Origin: Catajapyx aquilonaris | Taxonomy: Eukaryota | DNA: 35,472 nt | Assembly: GCA_000934665.2 (NCBI GenBank) | Contig: JYFJ02004024.1 | Location: forward strand, 1-35,472 | Direction: 5' to 3' | Notes under the pieces: generated by a model | Database searches by the model: none | Seen by the model: the letters and a program-made list of their open reading frames with translations, nothing else | Told to the model about the DNA's origin: nothing | Shown: one piece after another, positions 24,561 through 35,472 of the stretch | How the letters are laid out: each line of letters starts with the position of its first letter | Numbering within the stretch: the stretch's first letter is position 1 | Made by a program: the position numbers and the translations under genes

Positions 24561-25229
24561 TGTGATGTGTATCTTATATAATGTACTTGTTGTTTTCAGT
24601 TACCATCTTTTGTTACGTACTTGTTGATTTCAGTTACCATCTTTTGTTATGTACTTGGTTACCTAGGGTTGTTATGTCAATTTCTGTTCCTAGGACCGTT
24701 ACGCTGGTGACCTAACAAATATGTAAACTAACAGAGGTGTTAAATAAAAGTGCCGAGGCCATGTGTGGCAGTCAGACTGGAGACAGCGTCGAGAGAGGGT
24801 CTCCCCTCCTGTTGACTGCGACGAACTGGTCTTCGCTCGAAAATCCAAATGTTGGTCGTTAGTAATTGGCGTACCGGTACAGGTAATGGTACCACTGGTT
24901 GAACGGTTGGTCGCAGGCATCTGCACCACTGACTATTCAGCAAGTGGTAGGGGGATATCCGTACCGCAGGCATCTGCACCGTACGGACTATCCTTCCGGA
25001 CCGTATACCATCTTACTACTCAGTGTGACGGTCAGACCGCAGGCATCTGCACCGTTTGACCGTTGTGCTGCAGTAGGAGGCGTACCTATTGGGTGATACT
25101 AAAAGCGCTTCCCTCTCACTGACCGTACGCGGTTGGCGGAAGCCCGGACCGGGTCCGGACGGTGTACAGCAAGCCGTCCGCGTACCTCCCTGTGACGTAA
25201 ATGTGAGTCACCCTGAACCTGGCGTCACA
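24561..25229 (+). repeat. Long terminal repeat (669 bp)
   Basis: Starts tgtgatg after the PPT and ends cgtcaca (inverted termini). AATAAA near 24744. Internal repeats: gtacttgttg.tttcagttaccatcttttgtta (2-3 copies) and cgcaggcatctgcacc (3 copies). Confidence 0.85.
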
Positions 25230-25439
25230 CTAATATTATACTGAATGCAATCATTTATCAGAACAGCTAAATCTCATAATCCATGCACGCAGTATGAACA
25301 TATATATACAGTAAAACTTCTGTAAGTCGAAGTTCTCTAGAAGTATAGCCTTACATAACTTGACAAGTACCGTCCAAGTACCGTGCAACAGAAGCATCAT
25401 CATTTTAGTCCTCCATCCACATCAGCCACAAGTCATCCA

Positions 25440-26975
25440 CCAACATCAGCCACCAATCCCTGGCCCGGACACAATTCTGGCCGAGTGGCCATGGATGCGG
25501 AGATTTGTGGGCACCAATGGAAAGAATCCAAAGTACCATGAGTCAGCCCCCATCTCCCATTCCCGCTGCCAGGCCTCCATTTGCGAGTCGAATGCCCGTT
25601 TTCCCATGTAGTGTGACGATATGGGCAGGAAGCGGCAACCCACGGTGAGCTGAGCCACCTTCTTTGCTTCCTGATCAGCCAGCTCGTTCCCGAGCGTACC
25701 TTGGTGTGCCTTAACCCAGTGGAGGTTGACGCCCTGGTTAGCTCCTTTCATCAGCCTACTTGCGTATTGAGCCGATCCGTTGGTGGAGATTGCGTTTACC
25801 ACCGTTTGAAGAGCTAACTTGGTGTCAGGAAGGGGCGGAGAGCGGCCAGCAGGTGTCTTCTGACCGCCTTCACCTGCGTTAGGTGGCCCCAAACTTTGGC
25901 CCCATATAGCAGCACTGCTGATGCCAATATGCGGAGTCTGCTTCTAGGCGCCAACCCCCAGCGCTGCCCTGCCACCCTCCACAGCCGGGATGATATGCTG
26001 CGTACCTTCGCAGCCGTCTTCTTGATGTGGGTGAACCAGAAGAGTTTGGCGTCAATGTGTAATCCGAGAACTCTCATGGAGTGGTTCAGTTCTATACGCT
26101 CCCTGCGGAAGAAGAGCCTCGGTTTCTTTTTCTCCTTGCAGTGAGGCAGGAAGAGACTCTCCGTCTTCGCCTCGTTATACGCAAGTCCCAATGCAGATGA
26201 CCACCCCAGCTTTAGCCAAGCGTCCTGGATGGTGTCAGCATCGTGTTGGAAATCAGTAGGACCTGATCGTCTGCATAAGCCTGGACATGCACCCTGTCCA
26301 GACCCGCATCCCTCATGGTCTGGAACCATCCATCCATGACCAGGATCCACAACATGGGTCACAAACTAGATCCCTGCGGGCAGCCCCTCTCCATGGTATA
26401 CAATCCCCAATCGCAAATGAGGTCAGGCGGGCCAAGGAATCCCTCCACCATGCGGATCAGTCCCCCAAGACATCGTGCCTGTAGTAGCGCCGCCATAATT
26501 TTTCTATGTGGGAGACTGTTAAATGCGTTTTTTATATCAAGAGTGATAATCAATCCATACAGTGCCTGGCAAATTATCGGGTCCCGGGGCCTTGTCAACA
26601 TACATGTTCAACACAGTTTCCTGAAGTTCTCCATCGGTGAAAGGAAGGTCCAAATGATCATCATGGAGATCCGTGCGAGGGCGTGTGTTCCATGAACCGT
26701 CATTCCTCGGGAAGTAACGGTCTATCGTAGCAGCTCCAATGTCGACCAGTGTGATGGCTGGGCCGTTGTTTCCCTCAATTCTGCGACTGAACTTCCCTCG
26801 TAGAATCTGGTATCGGAGCGGGGGGAGAGGGGAGCCAAGTGGGTCCGGAGTTTGGTTCGGAGCTTGCCAGCATGGTCTGGCGTTTGGTTCAGACCAATGC
26901 CTCCATAGTTGAACCCGGATCCAGAGGGAGGTTCGGAGCGGTTCAGAGTTTGGATATGTCCAACATACCAACACA
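25440..26975 (-). mobile_element. Degenerate R1-clade-like non-LTR retrotransposon (RT plus RNase H), internally deleted
   Basis: KAPGPDNL, ITLDIKNAFNSL, RGCPQGSSL, AYADD, MRVLGLHIDAKL.WFTHI, WGL...LLYGAKVW, and RNase H VNLHWVKAHQGTLGNELADQEAK, across several frames. Confidence 0.9.
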
Positions 26976-26984
26976 ACGGGCGGA

Positions 26985-27395
26985 AAGGCAGAAAAACCGC
27001 TGGATTTACTCCAGCGTATGCGTTAAGTTTTCATGGTGGGAGAAAGACATTTCCAAGCAGCAAATGTCACATTTTTATGTCATAAGCATTTTTTGTATGT
27101 CACAATATGTCATACCCATTTTTTGTATGTCACAATATGTCATACCCATTTTTTGAATGTTACAATATGATATTTTAACGTACAAAAATGCATATGACAT
27201 ACAACAAATATGTGTGACATGAGAATGTGACATCCAAAAAATGGGCATGACATATTGTATCGTACAAAAATGCGTATGCATAAAAATGTGACGTTTGCGG
27301 TACACCCTGTATCGCGGGTGCTTGGAAATGTCATTCTGCCACCATGAAAACATGACGCATACGCTGGAGTTAAATCCAGCGGTTTTTTCTGCCTT
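26985..27395. mobile_element. Non-autonomous TIR element with internal 30-bp tandem repeats
   Basis: aaggcagaaaaaccgctggattt.actccagcgtatgcgt...gacatttccaagca is mirrored at 27319-27395. Internal repeat catttttttgtatgtcacaatatgtcatacc and inverted variants. Confidence 0.85.
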
Positions 27396-28073
27396 GGTTT
27401 CCAAAGTGAATGTCCAACTGTCCCTTTAATAATGCACTGATTACCAGCAAGCCAAAAGATGTTCGAAGACCAAAGAGACAGTACTTGCCTTCTGTTGTTT
27501 GAAACTGTCCCTGAATTTGGCAGTAATGCAGTGTGTTACTCGACTTCCGTCTCTCCACTAACTTGCTCATATCCATCACTGTGATGTAATGCTTTGCAGC
27601 GTTTCCAAAGAAGCTTCAGCTTGAAAAAGTGAGCTCGGGAGCTCACCTCAGGTTTCTCACATTTAGTAACATATTGATGTTCACGTAGAATCATCCTGGC
27701 CTGCTCCTGGGGCTCATTGTATGGATCTACACGTTGCAAACAGATGTCAATTCAAGTGTCAATCACTCCAGAACAATATCCATATTCAAGCACCTAAAGG
27801 GGCAGCAATTGGTGCTTAACTCTCAGCTTTCTGTAGCAGCCGTCCATCAGAATCCAGCAACAGTTGACACTAATGCGTTCCTGCCCGGGCACACGACTAA
27901 GGTGGGAGGCAGGCCTGTCAACCCTGTTGCTGTTCTCTTCTGCAACATCCATTGCATGTATAATGTCGGGATACTGTCAAAAGTGTCTCCCACCACCACC
28001 ACCTGCAAATACAATCAACTTCAAATAACGTCCTCAGAAAATTCCCAGAATTATTACTTACCAATTGATTGTA

Positions 28074-28223
28074 CAGTGTTGGACATAAATCGAGGCATGC
28101 TGCTAGCGACATTTTCCGAAGCGGCAGAAGGAGGAATCGAATATAAGGATAGTGCGAACCGAGCGAGCAAGATTCCTTATTCTGCCGCTTCGGAAAATGT
28201 CCCTAGCAGCATTTATGATACTG
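28074..28223. mobile_element. MITE, same family as 10767-10929, right end degenerate
   Basis: tacagtgttggacataaatcga...gcgacattttccgaagcggcagaa / ttctgccgcttcggaaaatgtccctagcagc. Confidence 0.82.
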
Positions 28224-28279
28224 TGGCTCACAACCTGCCAAACAAAAAAAAAAGGTAGTGGACTGAAACACCAATAATT

Positions 28280-29265
28280 TCCGTCTCGAAACTATTTTAT
28301 TCTAAAAAAAAAACTTATCCACAAATACGCTGTTATTTTGTACCTCATAAAACCTTGGGGGAAAAGAAATGCAAAACGACTACCATTAAACCAAAAAAAA
28401 AAGAAAAGTGAACAACATACTTCTGGTTGACAAGAGAAGAAAAAAAAAAAAATACAGATCATACTTTTAACCTCAATAAATACTGAACTTTCCCCCCCAA
28501 GACATTTTCTCCCACAGAACGTAAACACAAACCTACTTTTCCAGAATATACATAAAACATCAAAACCCCACCAAAAATAAAAAATAATACTAAAGACTCG
28601 AGGATCTGGAGGCAGGGGGACAAAAAAAAAAAATTTGGGTACATTCCAGCGTTGTCAGACCAAAAGCATTTCAGAACGATCTGGTTTACAATATTCAAAT
28701 TACAGGGAGGTACAAATCCAGCGCTTCCAAGTGCAAGATAAAAAAGACGGCTCATCAACTGTCATCAGGTCTATTGTTCAGGTATTGATTGGTTGAGTTC
28801 TGGGGCGTCCAGAGGCAATAAAAAACAATGGAAAAGGGGAAGACATCTCTTTCTTGCAGGGAATGGGAGGGTCCGACGCCCACTGAACACAGCAAGGTTT
28901 AATTACAAAAAGATAATCCAAGGGTTTTTTTTAAAAAAAGGACTGCCAAGAGCACTGAGATGAATTACTTTAGATTGGGGAGGGGAGGGGGGGATGTGAA
29001 AACGGAAAAAAATTGGTCCCACTAAGTACACAAAACACTTTTCGAAGGGAGGGAGAAAACAAATAATAAAAAATATCAGAGAAGAAACTTCCTATCTCAC
29101 TCTTTCACTCCATTAAATAAACCAGCGTTGGAAATTAACCACGAGGATTGGAAATACAACAGGACGCAGGAAAAAAAAAATGAGAAAAAAAAACGAAGTG
29201 GGTTAAAGTCTCCTGTCTGAAATTTTTCTGTTGCTTTTACGCTTGTTCTTTGTTATCTTTTCCCT
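28280..29265 (-). other. Probable 1-kb U-rich 3' UTR of the Df31-like gene
   Basis: Transposon-free, with many poly-U tracts on the minus strand; AATAAA (tttatt on plus) at 28296-28301. Confidence 0.55.
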
Positions 29266-32200
29266 TTATGCCGTGGCTTCGGCTGCAGCCCCATTGGCCT
29301 CTGAGGCTTCGGCTGGCTTCTCATCCAACTTGGCCTTCTTCTCAGGGGTGGGGGCCAACTCGGGAGCATCCTTGGCATCCCCGCTTCCATCAGACTTCCT
29401 CTTCAGAGACACAGCCTCGGAGTCCTCAGCCACAGACACCTCTGCAAATGCGAGAGGAAAAACAGGAGTTATTGCCATGGCGTATACTCAGTGAAAGTCA
29501 ATGTGATGCAAATGATACAATATTGCATTGTAATTGTATTCTTGTGCATCACTATGTTGGAGCATCTTTTAAAAATGCATCACTTACTGCCTACAACATC
29601 AACAGATATTCCATTTGACTCTTAAGTTATACAGGGTGTAAATGAATTCAGCCGACAAACTTGTAGGGGTAATAGAGGGGGCCAAGACAAACATATTTGA
29701 CATAGGAAGCCGTGTCCAGAAACGCCATCTAGAGGGGGTTCATAGACAAGGAACGGGTGCACTCAGATGCGTCAGGCTGGCGGCATTAGCGAGCAGACCG
29801 TTTAGTTGCTAGGTGGTGGGCGGATTGAACACAACTTTGCATTTCGCCATAACCTGGCAACAACAGAGTTGTTGTTTATTATCTGCGCGCTACCTAGCAT
29901 GCTGACTTTACTTGCTAGGTGGCTCTGTTGTTGCCAGGTTATGGTGAATTGCAAAGCTGTGTACAATCTGCCCGCCACATAGCAACTAAACGGTCCACTC
30001 GCTAACACCACCAGCCTGACGCGTCTGAGCGCACCCGTTCCTTGTCTATGAACCCCCTCTAGATAGCGTTTCCAGACCCGGTTTCCTATGTCAAATATGT
30101 TTGTCTTGGTTCCCTCTATTACCCCTACAAGTTTGTCGGCTGAATTCATTTACACCCTGTATGCTTTTGCTTGTACTGTTTGGATTTGGGTAGGGTCACT
30201 TTAACAAGATCACAAATCTGTGACCAGAGAGAAAGAAAATAAAAAACTGGCACTTATCACATCTAAATGGGATGTGGAACGCATGTTCCTTGGTTGGTTC
30301 GTCGTGCCAAAGCAACTAAGGCTATCTGGCATTCACGTGATGGGTTTTTGGTAGTGGGAGGAAACAGGAGAAGCCAGAGAAAACCCACGTAAACACAACA
30401 AAAACGCATCAAAACGCTTCCACCTAAGTGTCCTCCGTCCGACCCGGGGTTAGAACTCAGGACCTTCGAGGTGGAAGGCTGTGGCGTTAAGCACTACACC
30501 ACACTGCTAACTTAGCAGTACCAATGCCAACACTGGTGCTGCTAAGTTAGCAGTGTCTTATTCTATCAGTGGGACGAAAATTCGACACATTATGGCCGGA
30601 GTAATAAAAAATATCAATTCAAACTGTTGGTTCAGTAGGTTGCTTTCACATGCACTATCAAATGCAAAAAAAAAAATCATTGGCAACTATCTGCATGTTC
30701 CATTGCTTTGATAATACGAGTAGGAATCAAGATTCGAATAGCTCTTATGCCCTGGAGAATACTTCACATTGACAATCACAGGACATACATAACCATCATT
30801 TTAAATTAATGTGCATGGCACTTCTGCATCAAGACCATAATATCCAGGGTGGCCAGTGATCTTTCATTCAAAAGCCCAGTGCTGTAATAACTACAATGAA
30901 ATGCCACATTACCCTGCATAGCACAGACAGATTAACCAAGGGCCACAGTACACCTTTGGGAAACAAGCCATCCAATGTAAAGTACTGTTATAACAGATTC
31001 TCATTTATAGCAGACTTCCATGTATGGCCTGTGCATTTGGCTGTAACAGACCTCAGTTATAACACTGGATTCTACGGTCCCTTGAAATCTGTTACATTCG
31101 GAGTCAACTGTATCAGCTGCTGTCAAACTAAATCATCCATTCAACCTCTGAACTGCAAAGTATTTCCATTGAGGAATGGCCCGTTCGAACAATAGGTTCT
31201 CTCACGTCAATAACACTTGTAACCCAACTTGGTGCATACCAGACCCTCTTACAGGCTTTAAAAAGAATGGATACAAGTAACCTGATACTGGCAGCTAATA
31301 CTATACTTGTTAGCTACTAAAACTGCAACAGTAATTGCTAAAAACAGGCAGCTTAATACCCATATAAGTCAAACAAGCCTTTTGGATCACCCTGTAAACA
31401 GTCAGCAATAAAATGCTACAAAAATCCAAACAGATTCCATGCGTCACACTGTTGTTATCGTAATCTATTAGGAGCAGCATCTGGACTAGGAATACTGAAC
31501 CAGTGGTATTGGTGCCCTAGTGTCGATGGCTATTTGTTGACGTTGTCTAAAATGGCACGGAAAGGAATCCGTGATGGGGATATCCCTAACTTAAACAGTA
31601 ACAATAATCTGAATAACTGTGGTCCCTTCAATACACTACATTTACAAAAGGCCACTATTTAAAATTTCAATAGCAATGAAAACTGAAATCACTACCTCAA
31701 GGCCACATTTGTATGTTACAACCAAATGGTGAACATGACAGCATTTAATGCTTAACAGGGACTGCAGCATGATTTTAAAGTACGGACAGACAGACTATGC
31801 CTTACGTAGAAGCCCTGACGTAAGTAGTTTCGGACTTGCGTAAAATACCAGCAATATTGCAAGAAAACCAGCTAAATTTCGGCTTGCGGCAACTCAAACC
31901 TGCCACCCAGACTCATTTTGCATGTGCCATTCATGCGTGACCCACTTCTGGGCATTGTGGAGAATCCCTTTCCACTCGCAAAGGCCTCAACTAAATACGA
32001 CAGTGACTCCAGTATTGATGTACAGTAGACTCCCGATATAACAGACTTCAAGGTACCGTAGAAATCAGTCTGCTATAACCAAGAATCTGTTATATCCAGA
32101 GTCAACTGCATAATGCACTGTGCAGTATGACTTTTTAAAGCTATGTACTACATTAACATTCTATTTAAATCATGTTGCAGACCGACCCATGCCAGTCAAG

Positions 32201-32889
32201 GACTGGCTGTATATGCTTTCAATTAATAATAATTGCTCTGAGCTTGCTTTTTTGCACACCCTGAAAAGCAGTAAGTGGCCATTTTCTGCAAAATTTCATG
32301 TGAAGACAACGTTCAAGTACATCTCAAACTTAGCCAAACTTTTCGCACAAAACCTAATATGAACTCCGACTGGCAAAAAGTAATTAAGTCAAGGTATTAC
32401 TCATTACTGGGAGAAGATTCAATGAGCCACTTGGTTGAACAACACTGGGTACAATATCGCCACTGCAGAAAGCTATTAGCATTATTATTGAATTGTATCA
32501 CGTGATAATGACCTTATTCAGGTGTAAAACGGTAGGGAGAGAATAAAGACTGACCTGAGTTTCCGTTTTCTGCCCCTTTAGCCTTCTCCTCCTCCTCGAC
32601 AGCTGCGTTACCATTCTCCTTGGGCTTCTCCTCTTCCGCCGTTTCCTCTTTCTTCTCGGTCTGCTTGGCGTCTCCAGCACCCTTCTCCTCCTCCTCCTTC
32701 TTTGCCTTCTCCTCTACCTTCTCTTCCTTCTTGGCATCTCCCGCTCCCTTCTCCTTCTTCTCTTCCTCCTCCTTCTTATTGCTCTTCTCCTCCACCTTCT
32801 CCTCTACCTTCTTTGCCTCCTCGGCCTCCTCAACCTTCTTCTCCACAACCTCCTTCTTTGGAGACTCCTCCACTACCTCCTTGGTTTCC
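29266..32889 (-). CDS. Df31: Df31 (decondensation factor 31)-like acidic, intrinsically disordered chromatin protein; last two coding exons, 5' exon(s) not found in window
   Basis: Exons 32555-32889 and 29266-29441 join in phase 1 (ENGNS-E-VSVAED). E/K/A-rich with ENG motifs. The C-terminus LKRKSD...APTPEKKAKLDEK...ANGAAAEATA resembles, from memory, Drosophila Df31 VKRKVDE...ATPEKKAKLDE...QNGAEASEVAA. Confidence 0.82.
29632..30159. mobile_element. Tc1/mariner-type MITE, about 230-bp TIRs, TA TSD, inside the Df31-like intron
   Basis: ta|cagggtgtaaatgaattcagccgacaaacttgtaggggtaatagaggg... / ...ccctctattacccctacaagtttgtcggctgaattcatttacaccctg|ta. Confidence 0.93.
30290..30500 (-). mobile_element. 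tRNA-derived SINE with V/Meta-SINE-like central domain
   Basis: Minus-strand head ggtgtagtgcttaa...gagttctaacccc (A and B boxes), central gtgggttttctctggcttctcctgtttcctcccac, tail ...cgacgaaccaaccaa. Confidence 0.8.
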
Positions 32890-33288
32890 CTGTAAATATC
32901 ATAACCAATTATAAAACAAGCCAGCACTGAATTTTATGCAACGATCAACACCTTAAGTAGCAGCTACATTTATGAGTACCTTCTTAAATGCAGCCGCATT
33001 AACATCCTGGTAGTTAGCAACACCTTTATGTTCCATAGTAGCAGCTGTACCAAAAATCTTTGCAGAAAGTCGTACAACAAATTTTTAAGGCAGCTATGCA
33101 CAAGCTCTGCCTACAGGATCAAGCACAAGTATAGCAAGCCAGGGCTGACTTCATACAGACAATAGTCTCCGCAGTACAATCCTCGACCAACCCCAGCTTC
33201 CCCGAAATTCGCTGCGAAATAACACACGTGATTGTCCTAATCTTTGCATTAACGAACCATGCACTGAATTGCAGCCAATATGCTGTCA

Positions 33289-33383
33289 ATGGGTGGAATT
33301 TTTGTCTGCTCGATACTTAGCAGTACCACTACAGGTACTGCTAAGTTAGCAGTAACTAGCAGTGGGGCAAAAATTCCACCCAT
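33289..33383. mobile_element. Small hairpin MITE; partial relative at 30501-30590
   Basis: atgggtggaattttt / aaaaattccacccat termini, with an acttagcagtacc / ggtactgctaagt core that is also present at 30501-30556. Confidence 0.72.
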
Positions 33384-35472
33384 AGTCTTTTTAACATGTC
33401 AGGAATTTCAATCTTGCAACTGTTGACCTAATGATTCAAGATACAACTTTTTCCCCCCCTCATTTATCATACAGCACAATTTCATTGTTCCCTCTTGCTG
33501 ATAGCCTATCAGTGTCTTCAGAAATGCTGCTCATTGATTACACAAAGTATGGTTGTCAAGAGGCAAGCACTTCAATTTATTGTTGTTTTTTTTGTGGCAC
33601 GATTCTTCAGGTAGAAGTACACAAGAAAATATCCTGGCATAACCCCTTTAACCCCAGTTGAATCTGAGAATGGTACAGCCGTCACAAGACTTTAAAAGTG
33701 GGGTTGCACTGTAGTAGGTTTAGTGCAACACAGCCTAAGTGCAAGTCTCATTGTTGAATGTCGTCATTGTGAAGTACCACTCTGTAGTTGAAGCTAATGA
33801 GACATTTTCGAGTCTAATGTCTTTTTTTTTTCCTTTTTGTTTGAAGGAATTGCCATGCTGTTTCCATTGCATGCTACTCAAGTAAGCACCAGTTTGCTGT
33901 ATTTCCAACCCTCGGTAACCCTGAACTTATTCAAAGCTTATACCAGTTCCAGTTCGAGCTTCACGAACACCTGCTTTTCGTATGAATCCAGTGTTCCCAA
34001 GAGCTGTAATGAAGGCTTTGACAAGAGTGGACTGCTACCTGCAAGTACAATGCATGATACTGTCACGTACTATCTGCACTAGTTACGCAAAATATAACTT
34101 TCCTGAGATGATGGGATGTACATGGACTTTTAAGAACATGCCCATTACGGCAGCATGCTAAGGCATGTTTCAATTAGTAAAGGCACATTTTGTACAACCA
34201 AGTAGCATGCATTACTGCACTAGCAAGGGCATACCCTAGCCGTACGAACAATGGGAAATAATCTAGCAAAACCTGTCAACAATTCCCATTTTTGTCACAC
34301 CTCAGGAAAATTCCCTGCCTACACTGCTTTCCCCTTCTGCAGAGAAGGTATTACCAAGCACAGATTCCCTTGAAGGCTACATTCGTAGAAATCTCTCCAG
34401 GCAATACCAATAATGGCAAAACGAAACAACCTGGAAGCAGTGATAAAATATCCTCAGCCTAGCACGATTCAGCTTTCCTGCTGGTGGCATGTAAACAAAC
34501 TTGATGCAGTTCACAGATTGGTTTTACGGCAGGATCAGACTTCTGAAACCATGCCAAATATCCAAATATGTTTTGTAAAAAGTGCCTTCGAGTTATTTTT
34601 AAAGGCCCAGTTTAAAATTCAACTACGCAGTAATACTTCACACTTATATGTGCCAGCCACGTTAAGGTAAACATCTTCCCAAGTGTGTCAAAACGGTCCC
34701 AAACTTCAGCTGAAAAGTTGCACTAACAACAAAGAGGCCGTACGTATGGAAGCATGGGCATTTCCTAAATGATTAAACGCAATCCGAGGCCATGTTTGCA
34801 ACAATTCCTGTAAAACGCAGGAAACTGCACTGCTTAAAAAAAAATTTAAGATGCGACTCTAAATCCATCTGTTTCCTGACCTATTTGTGGACCATTGGCT
34901 TGCAAGTCCGCAACCAATTTTCATCAATAACATCCCTAAGGCCTTCATGTGCCCCAAATCGGGCGGAATTTGTGAGTCACCATTATTGGCATGTCTTGCT
35001 GTAACATGGAGCATGGCCAGTCTTGGTACTGGCCAATACTCTCACCTATTCCTCATATTTGTCAGCAAAGGTCAAGGGCAACGAAGTTAATGCAAACAAG
35101 CTGCCAATAGAACATTCTCCAAGAAGGAAAAAATGTACGAAGCCTCATTGGCAGCTTGATATTATTCGCCCTGTTCATCTGTTTGTCCTGTACTTTACTG
35201 TAGCTCCAAACAACGCAGGTCGGCTGCAGTCCTGACTTTTGGAATTACTAGTCGTCCGCCATGCCTACGCTCTAGCACAGCTTCTGCCTCATCTGGCCGA
35301 TGCCAGTACAGTGCTGGACATAATAGCCGTCGCTGAATGTTTTTTTCCGGCAGCGGCGGCGGCGGGGTTACCTGGCAACCCTGTCTGGCGGGCCAATTCA
35401 AACATCAGCCCATGGAGAGCACTTCCATTGTTGCCACTGTTTACAAATAGTGAGTGCGCAGGCAGAAGAGAC

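Larger units (their letters stand above)
22783..25229 (+). mobile_element. 5'-truncated Ty3/Gypsy LTR retrotransposon: integrase C-terminal half, extra ORF, PPT and 3' LTR
   Basis: Integrase YHPAGNGLVERFNKTL...W...LP.VLMAYR...ESTGETPFFL.HGR...WHGPYRI...IHRDRLRKY, ending at 23498. Purine tract gcaagaaagagagcaa ends at 24560, immediately followed by a TG...CA LTR. Confidence 0.92.

Noticed and set aside
24900..25060. Spaced direct repeats cgcaggcatctgcacc resembling a CRISPR array
   Set aside because: Only three 16-bp copies with irregular spacing inside a eukaryotic LTR; no cas genes.
27400..28010. Acceptor-like site near 28003 and short minus-strand ORFs
   Set aside because: All frames close quickly; no recognisable product.
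35245..35262. ATG GCG GAC GAC TA|gtaatt as candidate first exon of the Df31-like gene
   Set aside because: Splicing to the phase-2 acceptor at 32889 would create TAG; the real first exon probably lies beyond the window.

Overview
Eukaryotic, intron-containing animal DNA, very probably arthropod (inferred from a Df31-like gene). The core is a minus-strand tandem cluster of pepsin-family (A1) aspartic protease genes. I assembled each by hand from GT-AG splice sites, and each gives an uninterrupted reading frame. Gene B (13884-15636, 383 aa) is a canonical cathepsin D. Gene A (8855-10991, 419 aa) keeps both DTG motifs but has a GPI-signal-like hydrophobic C-terminal tail. Gene C (18891-21039, 358 aa) is intact but has both catalytic Asp replaced (HTG / QTS) and most of the propeptide deleted, so it is a candidate pseudoprotease. 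A dead duplicate of gene B's last exon lies at 11850-12410. The last two coding exons of a Df31-like acidic chromatin protein gene lie at 29266-32889; no start exon was found in the window. The rest is repeat-rich: two degenerate non-LTR retrotransposons, the 3' part of a Gypsy element (integrase, an extra ORF, PPT and full LTR), two tRNA-derived SINEs, a 1.3 kb foldback element and many palindromic MITEs. The most interesting system is the canonical / membrane-anchored / catalytically dead trio of cathepsin D paralogues. All homology calls are from motif recognition; no searches were run.
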